NCBI RefSeq assembly: GCF_026571515.1
Contig: NW_026866770.1
Location: 310,001-374,000 of the forward strand
Direction of reading: 5' to 3'
Origin: Ruditapes philippinarum
Lineage: Eukaryota
Length of the DNA: 64,000 nucleotides
Numbering within the stretch: position 1 is the first letter of the stretch; the number at the start of each line of letters is the position of its first letter. The notes below the pieces were generated by a model, which saw only the letters and a list, made by a program, of their open reading frames with translations, was not told the DNA's origin and did no database searches. Below are positions 1 to 12,300 of this stretch, piece after piece. The translations under genes were made by a program, and so were the position numbers.

Positions 1-1643
1 TTACAAACCTACACAGTTCTTAGCTGTGTATGTACCGTGCCGTTCTCTGTAAATTTAAAGTGGTACTGCGCGGCCGTGCAAATATTTTAATGTTACATCA
101 AAACACAGTGTGTGCGCATGCGTAGTGTTTCCGTTACTCTATGAGCGTGTCAATAAAAATCAAAGTGCTGCAGCACTGAATGCGACGGACATGCAACCGG
201 AGAGACATTTAGGTTATTTTTAGAAAAAAAAATAAAACACAAAAAATAATTTGTTCCATACAAGTTCGAGATTTGTAGAGCAATATATTTTGTGTCCCAA
301 TCTGATATAATCCAGATTTTCTACTTTCAAGCATTTAAATACAGAATGAAATTTATGCCTAAAAACTCTGGTCAAACTTGTAAATCAGTGTCATTATCGA
401 TTTATTTCAAGAAATGATATGTAAATAGAAAAAAAAACTGTCAACGAAATATTTCTAAAAAACCATGCAAATAAACGTCAAGCATAATACATTATACATG
501 TGAGAATGTTATTTAGAATTGCTTCGTGTTATATCATAGTGGGCATACAGACAATAAAATTTGTATTTTTATTTCTCTTGGATATGTACGTCTCATTAAA
601 AGTATTTTTGGTTAAAATCATCAGCAATTAATAGTGTATTTTTTAGTGTTTTTTTTTATTTACAAGGGCCAGAGCACATCGTTTTTATTTTAATTTAAAT
701 GTCACTTAAGCACTACAGTGTTTAGTTGTCCTTTTCATTTTCACACTAAATTCCATTTTCAACTTGTTTGCTTCTTACAATTGTATAGAATTTCTAAGAA
801 CAAAGTAAGTATCCGTTGGTTTATAACATGTATAATGTGTACTCCCTACTGTCCGAAAATCAGCACAGGCAAATCAGAATCTATTTATAGAATAGCGAAG
901 GTTAACTCATATCGTGACCTAGAAAAATATGTAAACAAACCACAAGAATCGGAAGTAGAACTGATATTATAAGTTCCTTCAATAAAGATTACCATGAAAG
1001 ACTACATGGTGGTAAAGTGTTGAAAAACGCTCTTGTTACATGAATTTTCAAAAATATATATTTATACTAACCATTGTACTGAATCTAATTTATTAATAAC
1101 TGCTGAATATTCAGCTAAACCCGCGGTATGAGTCACGAAAATAGTTCTTGTTTTATTAATGCGCGAGTTATTCTAGAGTCACGAAAAACTTTTGATTTGT
1201 TAATAATAATGTTTTGTATAATGTAAAATATTTATTTCCTACTAATAATTTATTGGAACTCAGAGCTTACACCTTTATTATAGTATAATTTGCTGTCCTA
1301 CTTTTTCGACAGCGGTAAATCGTTTCGGCAGTAATTTGCATATTGCGCAATAATACTACGGGACTACAACGTTTTTATCAATCATATACGTTCATATTTT
1401 AACTTGGATAACTTAATTTGAAATTGAAAAGGCTAAATATGGAAGATTTTAAGATATCCCGACATAGTATGGGAGTTTTAAAGGCTCAAATTCATGTACT
1501 ATTTCTTGGGCTGTTAATCGGTTGAGGACACTTTGCGCGACTGTAGCAGACGAAATCCCATGTGTAGATGACTTAGCTCTGAACGCGCCTGAGGGCGCGT
1601 CCGTCGCAAAAATCTTATTTTAAGTATGATATAAAGATATTAA

Positions 1644-2030
1644 TTTATTATATACTTATAACTGAAATATTGATACTTATTGATGAAATAAAATGCGTGT
1701 TTTTATTTTTATATTTTCACTCTAAAATCTGCTGTGAAACATATTTTCCGTATTTTCACTGGTGTCTTGCCGAACTACTTTCTTCTAAATTCAGCCTATA
1801 CACAAAATAAAAAGGGAGTTCTCCCTATTCATAAGGTTAAAAAAGAGATAACTTTATAATAAACAGAATATTCGAGTTTTTTTCTATAAATACAGAATTT
1901 ATTTTCAGCTTGTGGTATGAAAAATATCATGATTCACTCGTGGCTACTGCCACGCGTGAAATATTTATTTTCATAGCACTCGATGAAAATAAAACCTATA
2001 TTCATAAAAGAACCTTGAATATCCTCTATA
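1644..2030. mobile_element. Dispersed ~390-bp non-autonomous repeat with internal hairpin (CACTCGTGGCTACTGCCACGCGTG)
   Basis: Clearly homologous copies at ~9785-10144 and 49161-49557 (opposite orientation) and ~18212-18585 (same orientation). A related element lies at ~57615-58055. One end reads ...GAATATCCTCTA. No ORF. Confidence 0.75.
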
Positions 2031-3753
2031 AATTCATGTGGCTTAATAACTAAATTTATTGAATTTCTTGAATATAATAATATTATGCTCGCCATATTAC
2101 AATTTTATTCAACGAGTTTAATGAATTCAATAATGAACCTGTAGACATTCTGTATTGTATTTTATTTTTATACATTTTTATTTGAGCGCTGTAAACGAAA
2201 CGTTAAAGAATGAAAAGAATGGCAACATTTCAAAATTTTAGCCAAATCTATACATATACTAAGTACAAGTATGTACGTGACATTTCAGTTTCGCAATAGT
2301 TTTTTAAAACATTTTTAAACCCATCAACACATTCACCGAATAAAAATAAAAAACATAATAATAAGGTTGGTAAACAGAATCAATGTAAGAGTTTGAGCGA
2401 CAAGATTAGAATTTAAATGCTCTTCTAGATCAATTCTATTGAGTATTTATTTACCCTTAAAATGGGGGTTGTATTAAATGACACGATTCTATGGGAGAGC
2501 TTAAGGGCGTGGCCTCCTATAATATGTTATTCAATTGCATTTTAAAATACACGATGAAGTAAATAAAACGCCCTGTTATTACCAATAGTTATTTCGTTCA
2601 GTTGACCGATTAAACATTAATTTAACATTTCAAAATACACTAATGGTTGAAATTAATGTCAGTTTATTTATGTATTTATAAGTAAAAAAAAAACTCTATA
2701 AAAGCGTAGATTTTTTTTTTGTAACGAAAAGATAACTCTTTAATATGATTTTTTTATGATTGTTCTACTTGTCTCCCCTGGTAAATTTCTCGACATAGGA
2801 AAGTATACGTGGAATGATTATTTTAGAAAATAACGCTACATTGTTTTCAGAAGAAAAAAGCAAACAACAGAAAAAAACATTGATTATTTTATATGTGTCT
2901 ATGAGTATTTTTCACTTCTTAAAAAAGTATATGTCAGAATAAATTTTATTGGAAAGGGATGTAATCCTATTTGAAGGCATTTTGCTAGAATTTAAGTTGG
3001 TGACTCCTTCATAACAGGATGATTTTAATGGGTCAGACATATCATTCTCCTAGGGAAAAAATACCATTTTATTTTGGATGAATTTTCAGTTTTAAGGTAT
3101 GCCCTGGTCTGTTCCTCATCATGTAATACTATCGGAAAATAAGTAGATTAGTCTGACCATATTAAAAGTGAACAGGCATCAAACCAGTCTCTTTATACTC
3201 TGACGCGCTTGCTTATATTCTATTCATGTTCAGATTAGTTCCCTTTAGTTCGCTTTAAGACGATTAAACCACAGGGATACTGATAGTAAAATACGTAAGT
3301 TTCCATCGTGCTGCACGGGTCTCTGGTAAAAAAAAATGCACAGGACACACAAAAGAAACGAGAAATCGCAATTCTATATCTTTTCATATAGAACTCAATT
3401 TTCGATCAGCTAACGAGCATACACAATGTGAAGCTAAAACAACAACAACAACAACAACAACAAAGACGTCTTGGTTATCATGTTATACACCGGACACTTC
3501 TAGACTATTGCTGAGAAATCTAAGAAAAATATCTCTATTAAATTGATTTATTAAACCTGTTTATGTATGATTTATCTGATGGGGAAAAAAGTGAATATCA
3601 CGCGATATAAAGTATATATTCTTACGTATACAGATGGCTGTTGAAAAATTGCAAATGTTTTCACGAAAAGGAAAGAAATAAAAACTACAAAATGTAGTTG
3701 TTTAAATATATGTTATAGTTTAATGGTACCTATTCATTTACGGTACTGACAAA

Positions 3754-3990
3754 TGAGCCGTGTCACGACAAAACCAACATAGTGGGTTTGCGACCAGCAT
3801 GGATCCAGACCAGCCTGCGCATCCGCGCAGTCTGATCAGGATCCATGCTGTTCGCTTACCGACCCTATTACATGTAGAGAAACTGATAGCGAACATCATG
3901 GATCCTGATCAGACTGTGCGGATGCGCATACTGGTCTGGATCTATGCTTGTCGCAAACGCACTGTGTTGGTTTTGTCGTGACGCGGCTCA
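3754..3990. mobile_element. ~237-bp palindromic MITE (TGAGCCG...CGGCTCA), copy 1
   Basis: Long inverted arms TGAGCCGTGTCACGACAAAACCAACA...TGTTGGTTTTGTCGTGACGCGGCTCA; six copies in the window. Confidence 0.9.
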
Positions 3991-4238
3991 AATGTTTTCA
4001 GCGATCGCAAACCTTCTCCACTCAGACGTTGTATCAGAGCTCAATATGCTATACTGTTAAATAAATACTACATGATTTTTGGACATCCGCAACGACCATT
4101 GCACTAGTATCTTTTCTATACTTGTTATTCTTTTCTCTCCTCCTTAATTGCATTAGCAGCGCGGCTCATTTATCGGACACACCTGGCAGGGTCAAGGGTA
4201 CGGCTCATTATGTTTGGACTCAATAACAATAACATATG

Positions 4239-4441
4239 TGAGCCGGGCCATGACAAAACCAACATAATGCGTTTGCGCAGTCTGATCAGGATCCATGCTG
4301 TTCGCTTAAAAAATTCTATTACAAGTAGAGAAACTAATTGCGAACAGCATGGATCCTGATCAGACTGCGCGGATGTGCAGGCTGATCTGGATCTATGCTG
4401 GTCGCAAACGCATAATGTTGGTTTTGTCGTGACGCGGCACA
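4239..4441. mobile_element. Palindromic MITE copy 2 (internal deletion)
   Basis: Same termini and core (GCAGTCTGATCAGGATCCATGCTGTTCGC) as 3754-3990. Confidence 0.85.
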
Positions 4442-5045
4442 TATATGTAATCACTCTTAAAATCATGATAATGAAATATAGTCGTAATGGGTTTGCCAGT
4501 TAACGAAAGTCACTGAATGGATTCAACTAAAACACAATATTATTTCAATATCTTTTAGAAGTGATACTGTCCGCAATGTATGACTTTTGACAGTGAAATC
4601 CATTTTTACAGGTTTCCTTTTATTTGTTGTTTTGGTTCCGTTCTTCGTTAACACTATTTCATAACACAAAGAACATCAAACTTTTTTTTCTCAGAAATTT
4701 TATTAGAAGAAAAGATAAAGGGAAAGAACATACAAAGAAACAGTACATACGGTTTATGTAAGCAATGAATACAAATCATTTTCTGTAATTATAAAATCCT
4801 GTAGAGTTGAATCAGTTGAATATGTATAACCATTACAACGGTTTTACATCTTAAAGACAGTCGACATATCTTCCAGACAGTCGACCTAAAAACTTTAATT
4901 ACAATTTTTACACATGGTTACTTAACGATGATGATTTATCATATAACTGTCTTACAATTATTAAAATATTCAAAAACTCTTTCAATTCGACTGTCATTAT
5001 ACTAATCGGCGAAAGATGCCAAAATTTATTTACTGTCATTTGATT

Positions 5046-5052
<7 letters not shown>

Positions 5053-5095
<43 letters not shown>

Positions 5096-5100
5096 TATTA
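5053..5100. repeat. (ATT)n microsatellite
   Basis: Direct reading. Confidence 0.95.
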
Positions 5101-5522
5101 GTGTTATGGTTCTTATCTTATGTAATAACCATCAAATTTTGTTTTTCACGAAAAGCTTAAAAAAGAAAATTGACAAAATATTATAACAAACAGAAAAAAG
5201 TAGTAAATAATGAAGACAAAGATTTCTTGATTATGATTGTGAAGAAAACGGGAAAAAGTGTGCTTGTAAAAATAATTAAAAATAGACTGAAAAAAAAATA
5301 TGCAGAAATTGTCCTAACTCACAATTTTCGAAAGATTTATAAAAGAAGTATGCGGCTCGTCACTTTCTTGCCAAATATGTGTTGTTAAAATATCTTTCCC
5401 GAATAACACTAATCTAATGAAGTAGTTGTGTGTGAAACTTCCTGTTATTATCCTACATTTGTTTTAAACTGTGTTTTAGAATAAGTGCCGCTTATACCTT
5501 TGAGTGTATTTCTGAAAACAGT

Positions 5523-6140
5523 CTACCTCCTTCTCCTTCTTCGCTTTTTATCTTTACCACTCGCAGGTTTTTCATCACTTTCAGATGCCGGGCTATTTAC
5601 CTTTTGTTCTTGGCTTGCAGGTGAATCTTTATCTTCATCATGTCCTGAGCCATTTGAAGGAGCTGAAACAGATGATTTGCCTGAACCTTCAGATTGCAAT
5701 TTGGAAGCACCTTCAGCATCGTCATCACCTTCTTTATTCTCCTCGTCGGAGCCTTGTTTTCCTGACTTCTGCTTATTTTGTCCGCAGTTGTTAGACGGTT
5801 GTTCTGCTTTCTCTATTGCTTTCAGGACTTTGACAAGATGGCCAATCTTTCCGCTCACCTTGATATTCACTTCATATTCCTGGCTCTTAGGTGCCGTGCA
5901 AGTTTCTGCCTCGTTTTCGTCTCCTTTCTTTCCGTCACCAACAACTGGGCTGGGTGCGGCTTTTGCATCATCTTCATTTTGCTTATTTCCGCCATCACCG
6001 TCATCAGCAGCTGATTCGGATGCGAGTTTATCATCAGCTGAACCGGAATCTTCTTTTTTTTCAGCGGAGTCGCTTTTCCCGGCGTCTATGCAAACTGCAC
6101 ATATTACGACGGCAATTGATACTATTATCCACAGACGCAT
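5523..6140 (-). CDS. Secreted low-complexity D/E/G/S/K-rich protein, 205 aa, C-terminal KKRRRRRR; unknown family
   Basis: Hydrophobic signal peptide MRLWIIVSIAVVICAVCIDA. Kozak-like CACC-ATG. A pyrimidine tract + AG ends 7 nt upstream of the ATG (likely 5'UTR intron). Higher GC than the flanks. Confidence 0.8.
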   Translation of the reverse strand: MRLWIIVSIAVVICAVCIDAGKSDSAEKKEDSGSADDKLASESAADDGDGGNKQNEDDAKAAPSPVVGDGKKGDENEAETCTAPKSQEYEVNIKVSGKIGHLVKVLKAIEKAEQPSNNCGQNKQKSGKQGSDEENKEGDDDAEGASKLQSEGSGKSSVSAPSNGSGHDEDKDSPASQEQKVNSPASESDEKPASGKDKKRRRRRR

Positions 6141-6264
6141 GGTGAGACTAAAATATAAAAAAGATTGCTTGGTTACAGATTACAATAAACGGAAGCGCAG
6201 TTGTTATGGCTAAGCACAAGTTGTAATTTTGTAACTAAATGTACAGCAACAACAGTTTTTTATC

Positions 6265-6398
6265 NNNNNNNNNNNNNNNNNNNNNNNNNNNNNNNNNNNN
6301 NNNNNNNNNNNNNNNNNNNNNNNNNNNNNNNNNNNNNNNNNNNNNNNNNNNNNNNNNNNNNNNNNNNNNNNNNNNNNNNNNNNNNNNNNNNNNNNNNN
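6265..6398. other. Assembly gap (N run)
   Basis: Ns in sequence. Confidence 1.
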
Positions 6399-8306
6399 AC
6401 CTTTTTACTATTATCCAAATATTATACAGAAGGAAGTGCTTGGGCAGCTCTCAGTTTTTTTCTGTGTTGAAAGCGTATTTTAGATCCAATATATACGTTC
6501 GAAACCAATCAATGGATCTTTGTTGCCTAACTTTTAGGGTACTTTGGTTTCCAAAATTATTATAATGTATCTTATTGTAAAAAGACGATGTATTTGGACC
6601 AGAGTTTAATCCAAAATTTACCTTTCTACCCCGCAATTACTAGATTAAAAAAAAATATTCTGGGCTCAGTTTTTTTACTCCTCCTTTCTTTTAAAAACTT
6701 GTTTTTTTACCCTTAGTTTTGAAATGATTTGTCCATTAAAAGTGTCAGAAATCTGGCAAGACCAACGGATTCGTATTATGACGATAGGAAAATAAAAAAC
6801 AAGTCCAGAACGATTTTGTTAAAGTAGAAAAAGTAGGGTAAAAAATTGTTTACTTCATTCAATCAATTCAAAATCTTACCAATATTTACATATCATTTCA
6901 AAATTAATTATTGATTTTATATTGCAACATGTATGTATGAAATACCGAGGGGGACATATTAACTTCACGAAATCATAATTTCAATAAATTTCACGATTTC
7001 GTCTTCACAAATTCACGTTTTTTAGTTTCAACTTCATGAATTTAACTGCATTAAATCACAATTTTAATTTCACAAATTGATGCCAATAATTCGTAAAATT
7101 TAAATCGTTAGTTCATAAAATTGACTTCGTGAGGTTTAAATCGTTTTTTCATGAAGCTGAAACCAAGTGAATTATAAAACCTCTGAATTCGAGAAGTTGA
7201 ATTCACGAAGTTGATATCGCGAACGCGTGACGTCAAATCGTAAATTTGTAAAGTTGTTATCGTGAAATTTCGTAAAATTTATGTTTTGAAATTTCCCTGC
7301 AGGTCTTTCGTACTTATGATGTTGGAACGTTTGTTTATTTTTGATCTACTTCTGTCTGTTTATGATGATCACACTATCATCTACTTAACAAGTAGGCCCT
7401 AGTTCTTTATCCCAATTTCCATGCCATATTCAAATAGAAAAAAAAATTACAAAAAAATGTAAATTAACGCTCAATTTTGCCTGTAGTGACATTATATTTT
7501 GAATAAATGAATCGTTTAGAGCCCAAGAAACGAAAGCATACGGTGGAAAATTCACAGTGGGAGAGGAAGGTTTAAGGTCATGAAAAAATAAACATATCAT
7601 ACCGAAGTCTACAGTTTAACGCTCACATTCAACTGTATTTCAACCATGTACCAGCGGACAGTTACATTTCAAATGCACTGTATTACACTTGGGTCCTGTT
7701 ATCTTCAAATGTGCATGATTTCTATAAAAAAACCAATATTGACCCCCACCTACCTACCCCCATTCCCCCTCCATCCTCCCTCGAACCTCCTCCACCCTAA
7801 ATATTGCGAACATTTCAGCGAAATGTGAAACAGATTTATCAAACATACTTCTTAAGTTCAAATTAACATCGGGAACATATGTGTTTTGACAAGGTTTTGA
7901 CAAGGTATCGAACTGATGTAGACGTAACGCTATCCATTCTGAACTTATTTGGCGGGGTATCACAAAGGTTATAGTTTGCCTATACAAATTGTGAAAGATA
8001 ATGTGACCTTTCGATCACCTGTGGTACATTTTTGGTGAGGATGTACATGTATATGTAGAAAAGTCTTTGGTCCTTCATATCAAGGTGCACCAATCATCAA
8101 GTTCCAAATTATTCGTCTGCTGCTTCCGAGTATTTCATTAAACGTTTTATATCATCAACTCAATTTAACAATGATTTGCACGTGAAAGTACATGTATAAT
8201 ACACCGTGGGAAAGATTGTTGATTTTTCTTTTTAAAAAAAAGAGCTATTTTCGCACGATTTACAAGTGCAATATAATTGTTGGGGTTTTGAATACTGGTT
8301 GTAAAC

Positions 8307-8808
8307 ATGGCTGAGTTGCATTGTGATTTGAGAGAGGAGCAAAGAGCTTATTGCAATATTCAAAGGGTTATTTGGTAAATGCGCGTCAGAAATAAAAAAA
8401 TGATCTAGATTTAATTTATGGAGAAAATGCCCTTCCGTATTGTACAAGTCAATGTTCAAGAAGGTAGAACTAATGTTATGTATGATCCGGTCATTTCCCG
8501 CTACCTCTTAAAAAGACACAAGCACTGTAAAAACCAGAGTTGATGGAAAAGCAAGATATACCGTGGAGGAGATAAGTGACATATCGGGCCTTAGTGCGTC
8601 ATATGTGCTTTCCATCTTGAAAGAAAAGTTAAAGTTCAGGAAAGTGTGCGCCCGTTGGATCCAGCATTTGCTTTAGTCTGACCAGAAAAGGGAGCGGGTT
8701 GAAAAAGCCTCGGCCTTATTAATTAGGTTCAAAGATCGAGACCCAAGACGCCTGAGAGAAATTGTCACAGGGGATAAAACGTGGCTTTATCTTTTTGAGC
8801 CCGACAAT
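8307..8808 (+). pseudogene. Degenerate mariner (Tc1/mariner DD34D-type) transposase fragment
   Basis: Frame from 8527: VKTRVDGKARYTVEEISDISGLSASYVLSILKEKLKFRKVCARWIQHLL*SDQKRERV...LREIVTGDKTWLYLFEPD. This matches the mariner HTH2, WVPHxL and IVTGDETW motifs. In-frame TAG at 8674-8676; truncated after the first catalytic Asp. Confidence 0.85.
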
Positions 8809-9377
8809 TTACTCAGCAGGTGAAAACAGCGATGCATGCAGTAACGTCATAAGAGAGCATTTATTCCGTGGCTTTTAAAGGTTACTTTGTCGTCTCGCGG
8901 TATTATCCATGTCCTGCAGTTCTTCCGTCCCCCCCCCCCCCCTCCCCTTGCGAAAACGAGTAATAATAATCAATGCAATAATAACGTTTACCTGATTATT
9001 TCGCATCCAATAACTATAAAGCATCCTTAAATTAACTTCGATTTATTGCAAAATTAAATCTAGAGAAAAGAGTATCGACCATACATTCATGGAATGATAT
9101 TAAGACATTGGGATATTGTGACTGAAGGCAACATAAAACATTGTAAATAAAATTCTAGATTGACATTCGACCGTAATCTTACAATCTTCAAATTTGTTTC
9201 TTGGCTCCTGAAAAACAAGTTTATTGAGTTTTCCCCCAGAAGATATTACAGATTTATGACGCGAGATGAGTCGATAGTGTGTGATTAGATGTTACTGAAC
9301 CGAAAACGGAAAAAAATAAACGCAGAAGAAATCGTAAGTCGTGGTATGAGAACATGTTGTGAATAAAATGATGAATT

Positions 9378-12300
9378 ATGGAGTTTAGATATTGTTTGGT
9401 TTGGATGGTTGCTGTAGGGCTGTCAAAGTCTTGGACAAAAGGTTGGTATGAAAGTTTAATTGTGTTTTTTTTTCTTCGATAGGATTTAGGTTTTAAGTTT
9501 ATAAAACATTTCCTAAAAAATGGATACCGGTATTTTGTGTGTTGTCAAAAAGAAAAATAACGTCTCTATTCTATTCTATTCTATTCTATTCTATTTTCTA
9601 TTTTCTATTTTCTATTCTATATTCCAGTCTATTATATTCTCTATTCTATTCTATTCTCAATTCTATTTTATTCTATTCAGTATCCGCACCTACCTCTCTC
9701 AAAAAAATGGGTAAAATGTAAAAATTGTCAATTGCATGTACGTGTGTCTCACAGCCTTTCTTTGTAATTTCTTAAAATATCAAGCGGATATTCATTGTAT
9801 AAATACAGGATTTGGTAGTCATGAGTGAAATATGATAATTTTCATACCACAAGATTCATAGAATTATAAGAAGAATATTTATAGAAAAAAACTTGAATTT
9901 TCTGTTTATTATATACATTTTTCTCTTTTTCAACATTACGATTTGAAAGACTTCACTTTTAATTTTGTGTATTGGCTTATATTAAAAGAAAGTATCCCAC
10001 CAAGACACCAGTGAAAATACAGAAAATATGTTTCACTTCAGTGAAAAATATTATTTTTTTTACATTGAAAATATGGAAAATGAAAATACAAATTTTATTT
10101 CATCAATTTTTCTCCGTATTTCATTTATATGTATTATATATAATAAATATAGTTTTATATAGTTTTAGTTTTCATTTCTTTCTATAAAAAGCTAAGATAA
10201 AATTGAGGGTGTAAACTCAACTGTCTAATTTATGTATATTTACATTAAAAAATAAAATAATATTGTTAAATACAATTTTTACAAACTTGATCCCCTCAAG
10301 TGTTCCAAAAGTTCTTTTTTCTTTTATTTATCTTTCTTTCTTTAAGTTTAATATAAAATTTGTCATTCTTGATAAATTTATTTAGAATAGAACTTATTGA
10401 TGATTTCTTTTTGTAAAAAAATATGTTTATGTCAACAACGTTTGTAGACCCATCTACACTTCTTGCTTTAAATATTTTGTAATAAAATAGAATTACGAGT
10501 TATGTTTTAATAGTAACAAATCTATGTCCTGGCAAGCTTGGAAGTTTGATATTAATATACAATAATAAATGTATCGCAAATTTGGGACTAGTAGCTGATG
10601 ACAGGTGGTCAAAACGAAGTAAATACTCACTCTAACCGTTACAGATTATGTAGTTATGTACATGTTTAGGATTTTAGAGATCGATCAAAACGAAGTTAGC
10701 TCTCAAAAGAAAATCTAAAGTAGCGACCTCTACAGATAAGCTATGTATAGGATTTTAGAGTCCGATTGAATCTAATTGGGCCGGTGGCATTTATTTACTA
10801 AATAATTTTTTTGACTTGACTTGACTTGCACACTATTATAAAAAAAATCATCTCATTAAAGCCGTTTGTTTACTTTGTCATAGGAAATCTCGGACCCGAA
10901 GGATGTGAAGATGGTTGGCACCATTTCAAGGACTTTTGCTACTTGGCTGTGGACGCGCATATTCACTTTGATTCGGCCAAAGCTATATGTTTGCTCAAAG
11001 GAAGCACATTGACGTCACTGTGGGGACAAGATGAGATAGCCTTTGTTACACGTCTGCTGCAAAATGCAAGTGTTTGTTTTTCCTTTTTGAATTTTAAGAT
11101 ATTATTTTCCTTTCCTAATAATTTGCGTAAACTTTTCGTTTTAATTAATATTAGTTTAAACATATTTATTGCATATACTGGATGAAATCACAATGTATAT
11201 AAACAAATAACGCAGATCATTTACTGAATTCCTATCAACAAAAAACTATTAAAGAGAATAAAATAGAAGAAAAATAAAAACTGTTGCACTTGACTAAAAT
11301 TTTTCGCATGATTTTTACATTACTTTATATAGCATTAATATTTGGCCTGGTGGTGCCTTAAAAATTCACTCTTACAACCAGTGCAGACTAAGATCAACCA
11401 GAACATCCGTGGCCGTCTGATCGTCGTCTGCACTGTTTGCCGTGTCCTGTTTGTCGTGTCGCTGATCGTCGTATGCACTATTTGCCGTGTCGTCTGATCG
11501 TCGTCTGCACTGTTTGCCGTGCCGTCTGATCGTCGTATGCACTGTTTGCCGTGTCTCTGATCGTCGTATGCACTGTTTGTCGTGTCGTCTGATCGTCGTA
11601 TGCACTGTTTGCCGTGTCGTCTGATCGTCGTCTGCACTATTTGCCGTGTCGTCTGATCGTCGTCTGCACTGTTTGCCGTGTCGTCTGAACGTCGTCTGCA
11701 CTATTTGCCGTGTCGTCTGATCGTCGTATGCACTGTTTGCCGTGTCGTCTGATCGTCGTCTGCACTATTTGCCGTGTCGTCTGATCGTCGTATGCACTGT
11801 TTGTCGTGTCGTCTGATCGTCGTCTGCACTATTTGCCGTGCTGTCTGATCGTCGTCTGCGCTGTTTGCCGTGTCGTCTGATCGTCGTCTGCACTATTTGC
11901 CGTGTCGTCTGATCGTCGTCTGCACTATTTGCCGTGTCGTCTGATCGTCGTCTGCACTATTTGCCGTGTCGTCTGATCGTCGTATGCACTGTTTGCCGTG
12001 TCGTCTGATCGTCGTCTGCACTGTTTGCCGTGTCGTCTGATCGTCGTCTGCACTGTTTGCCGTGTCGTCTGAACGTCGTCTGCACTATTTGCCGTGTCGT
12101 CTGATCGTCGTATGCACTATTTGTCGTGTCGTCTGATCGTCGTCTGCGCCGTGTCGTCTGATCGTCGTATGCACTATTTGCCGTGTCGTATGATCGTCGT
12201 CTGCACTGTTTGCCGTGTCGTCTGATCGTCGTCTGCACTATTTGCCGTGTCGTCTGATCGTCGTATGCACTGTTTGCCGTGTCGTCTGAACGTCGTCTGC

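Noticed and set aside
3760-3981. [19 protein letters not shown]-type ORFs (also 4170, 15452, 15534, 37916, 48532, 48740)
   Set aside because: Translations of the palindromic MITE, not genes.
5485-6213. 242-aa plus-strand ORF
   Set aside because: Antisense shadow of the signal-peptide-bearing minus-strand gene; non-ATG start and S/F/L composition mirror the opposite strand.
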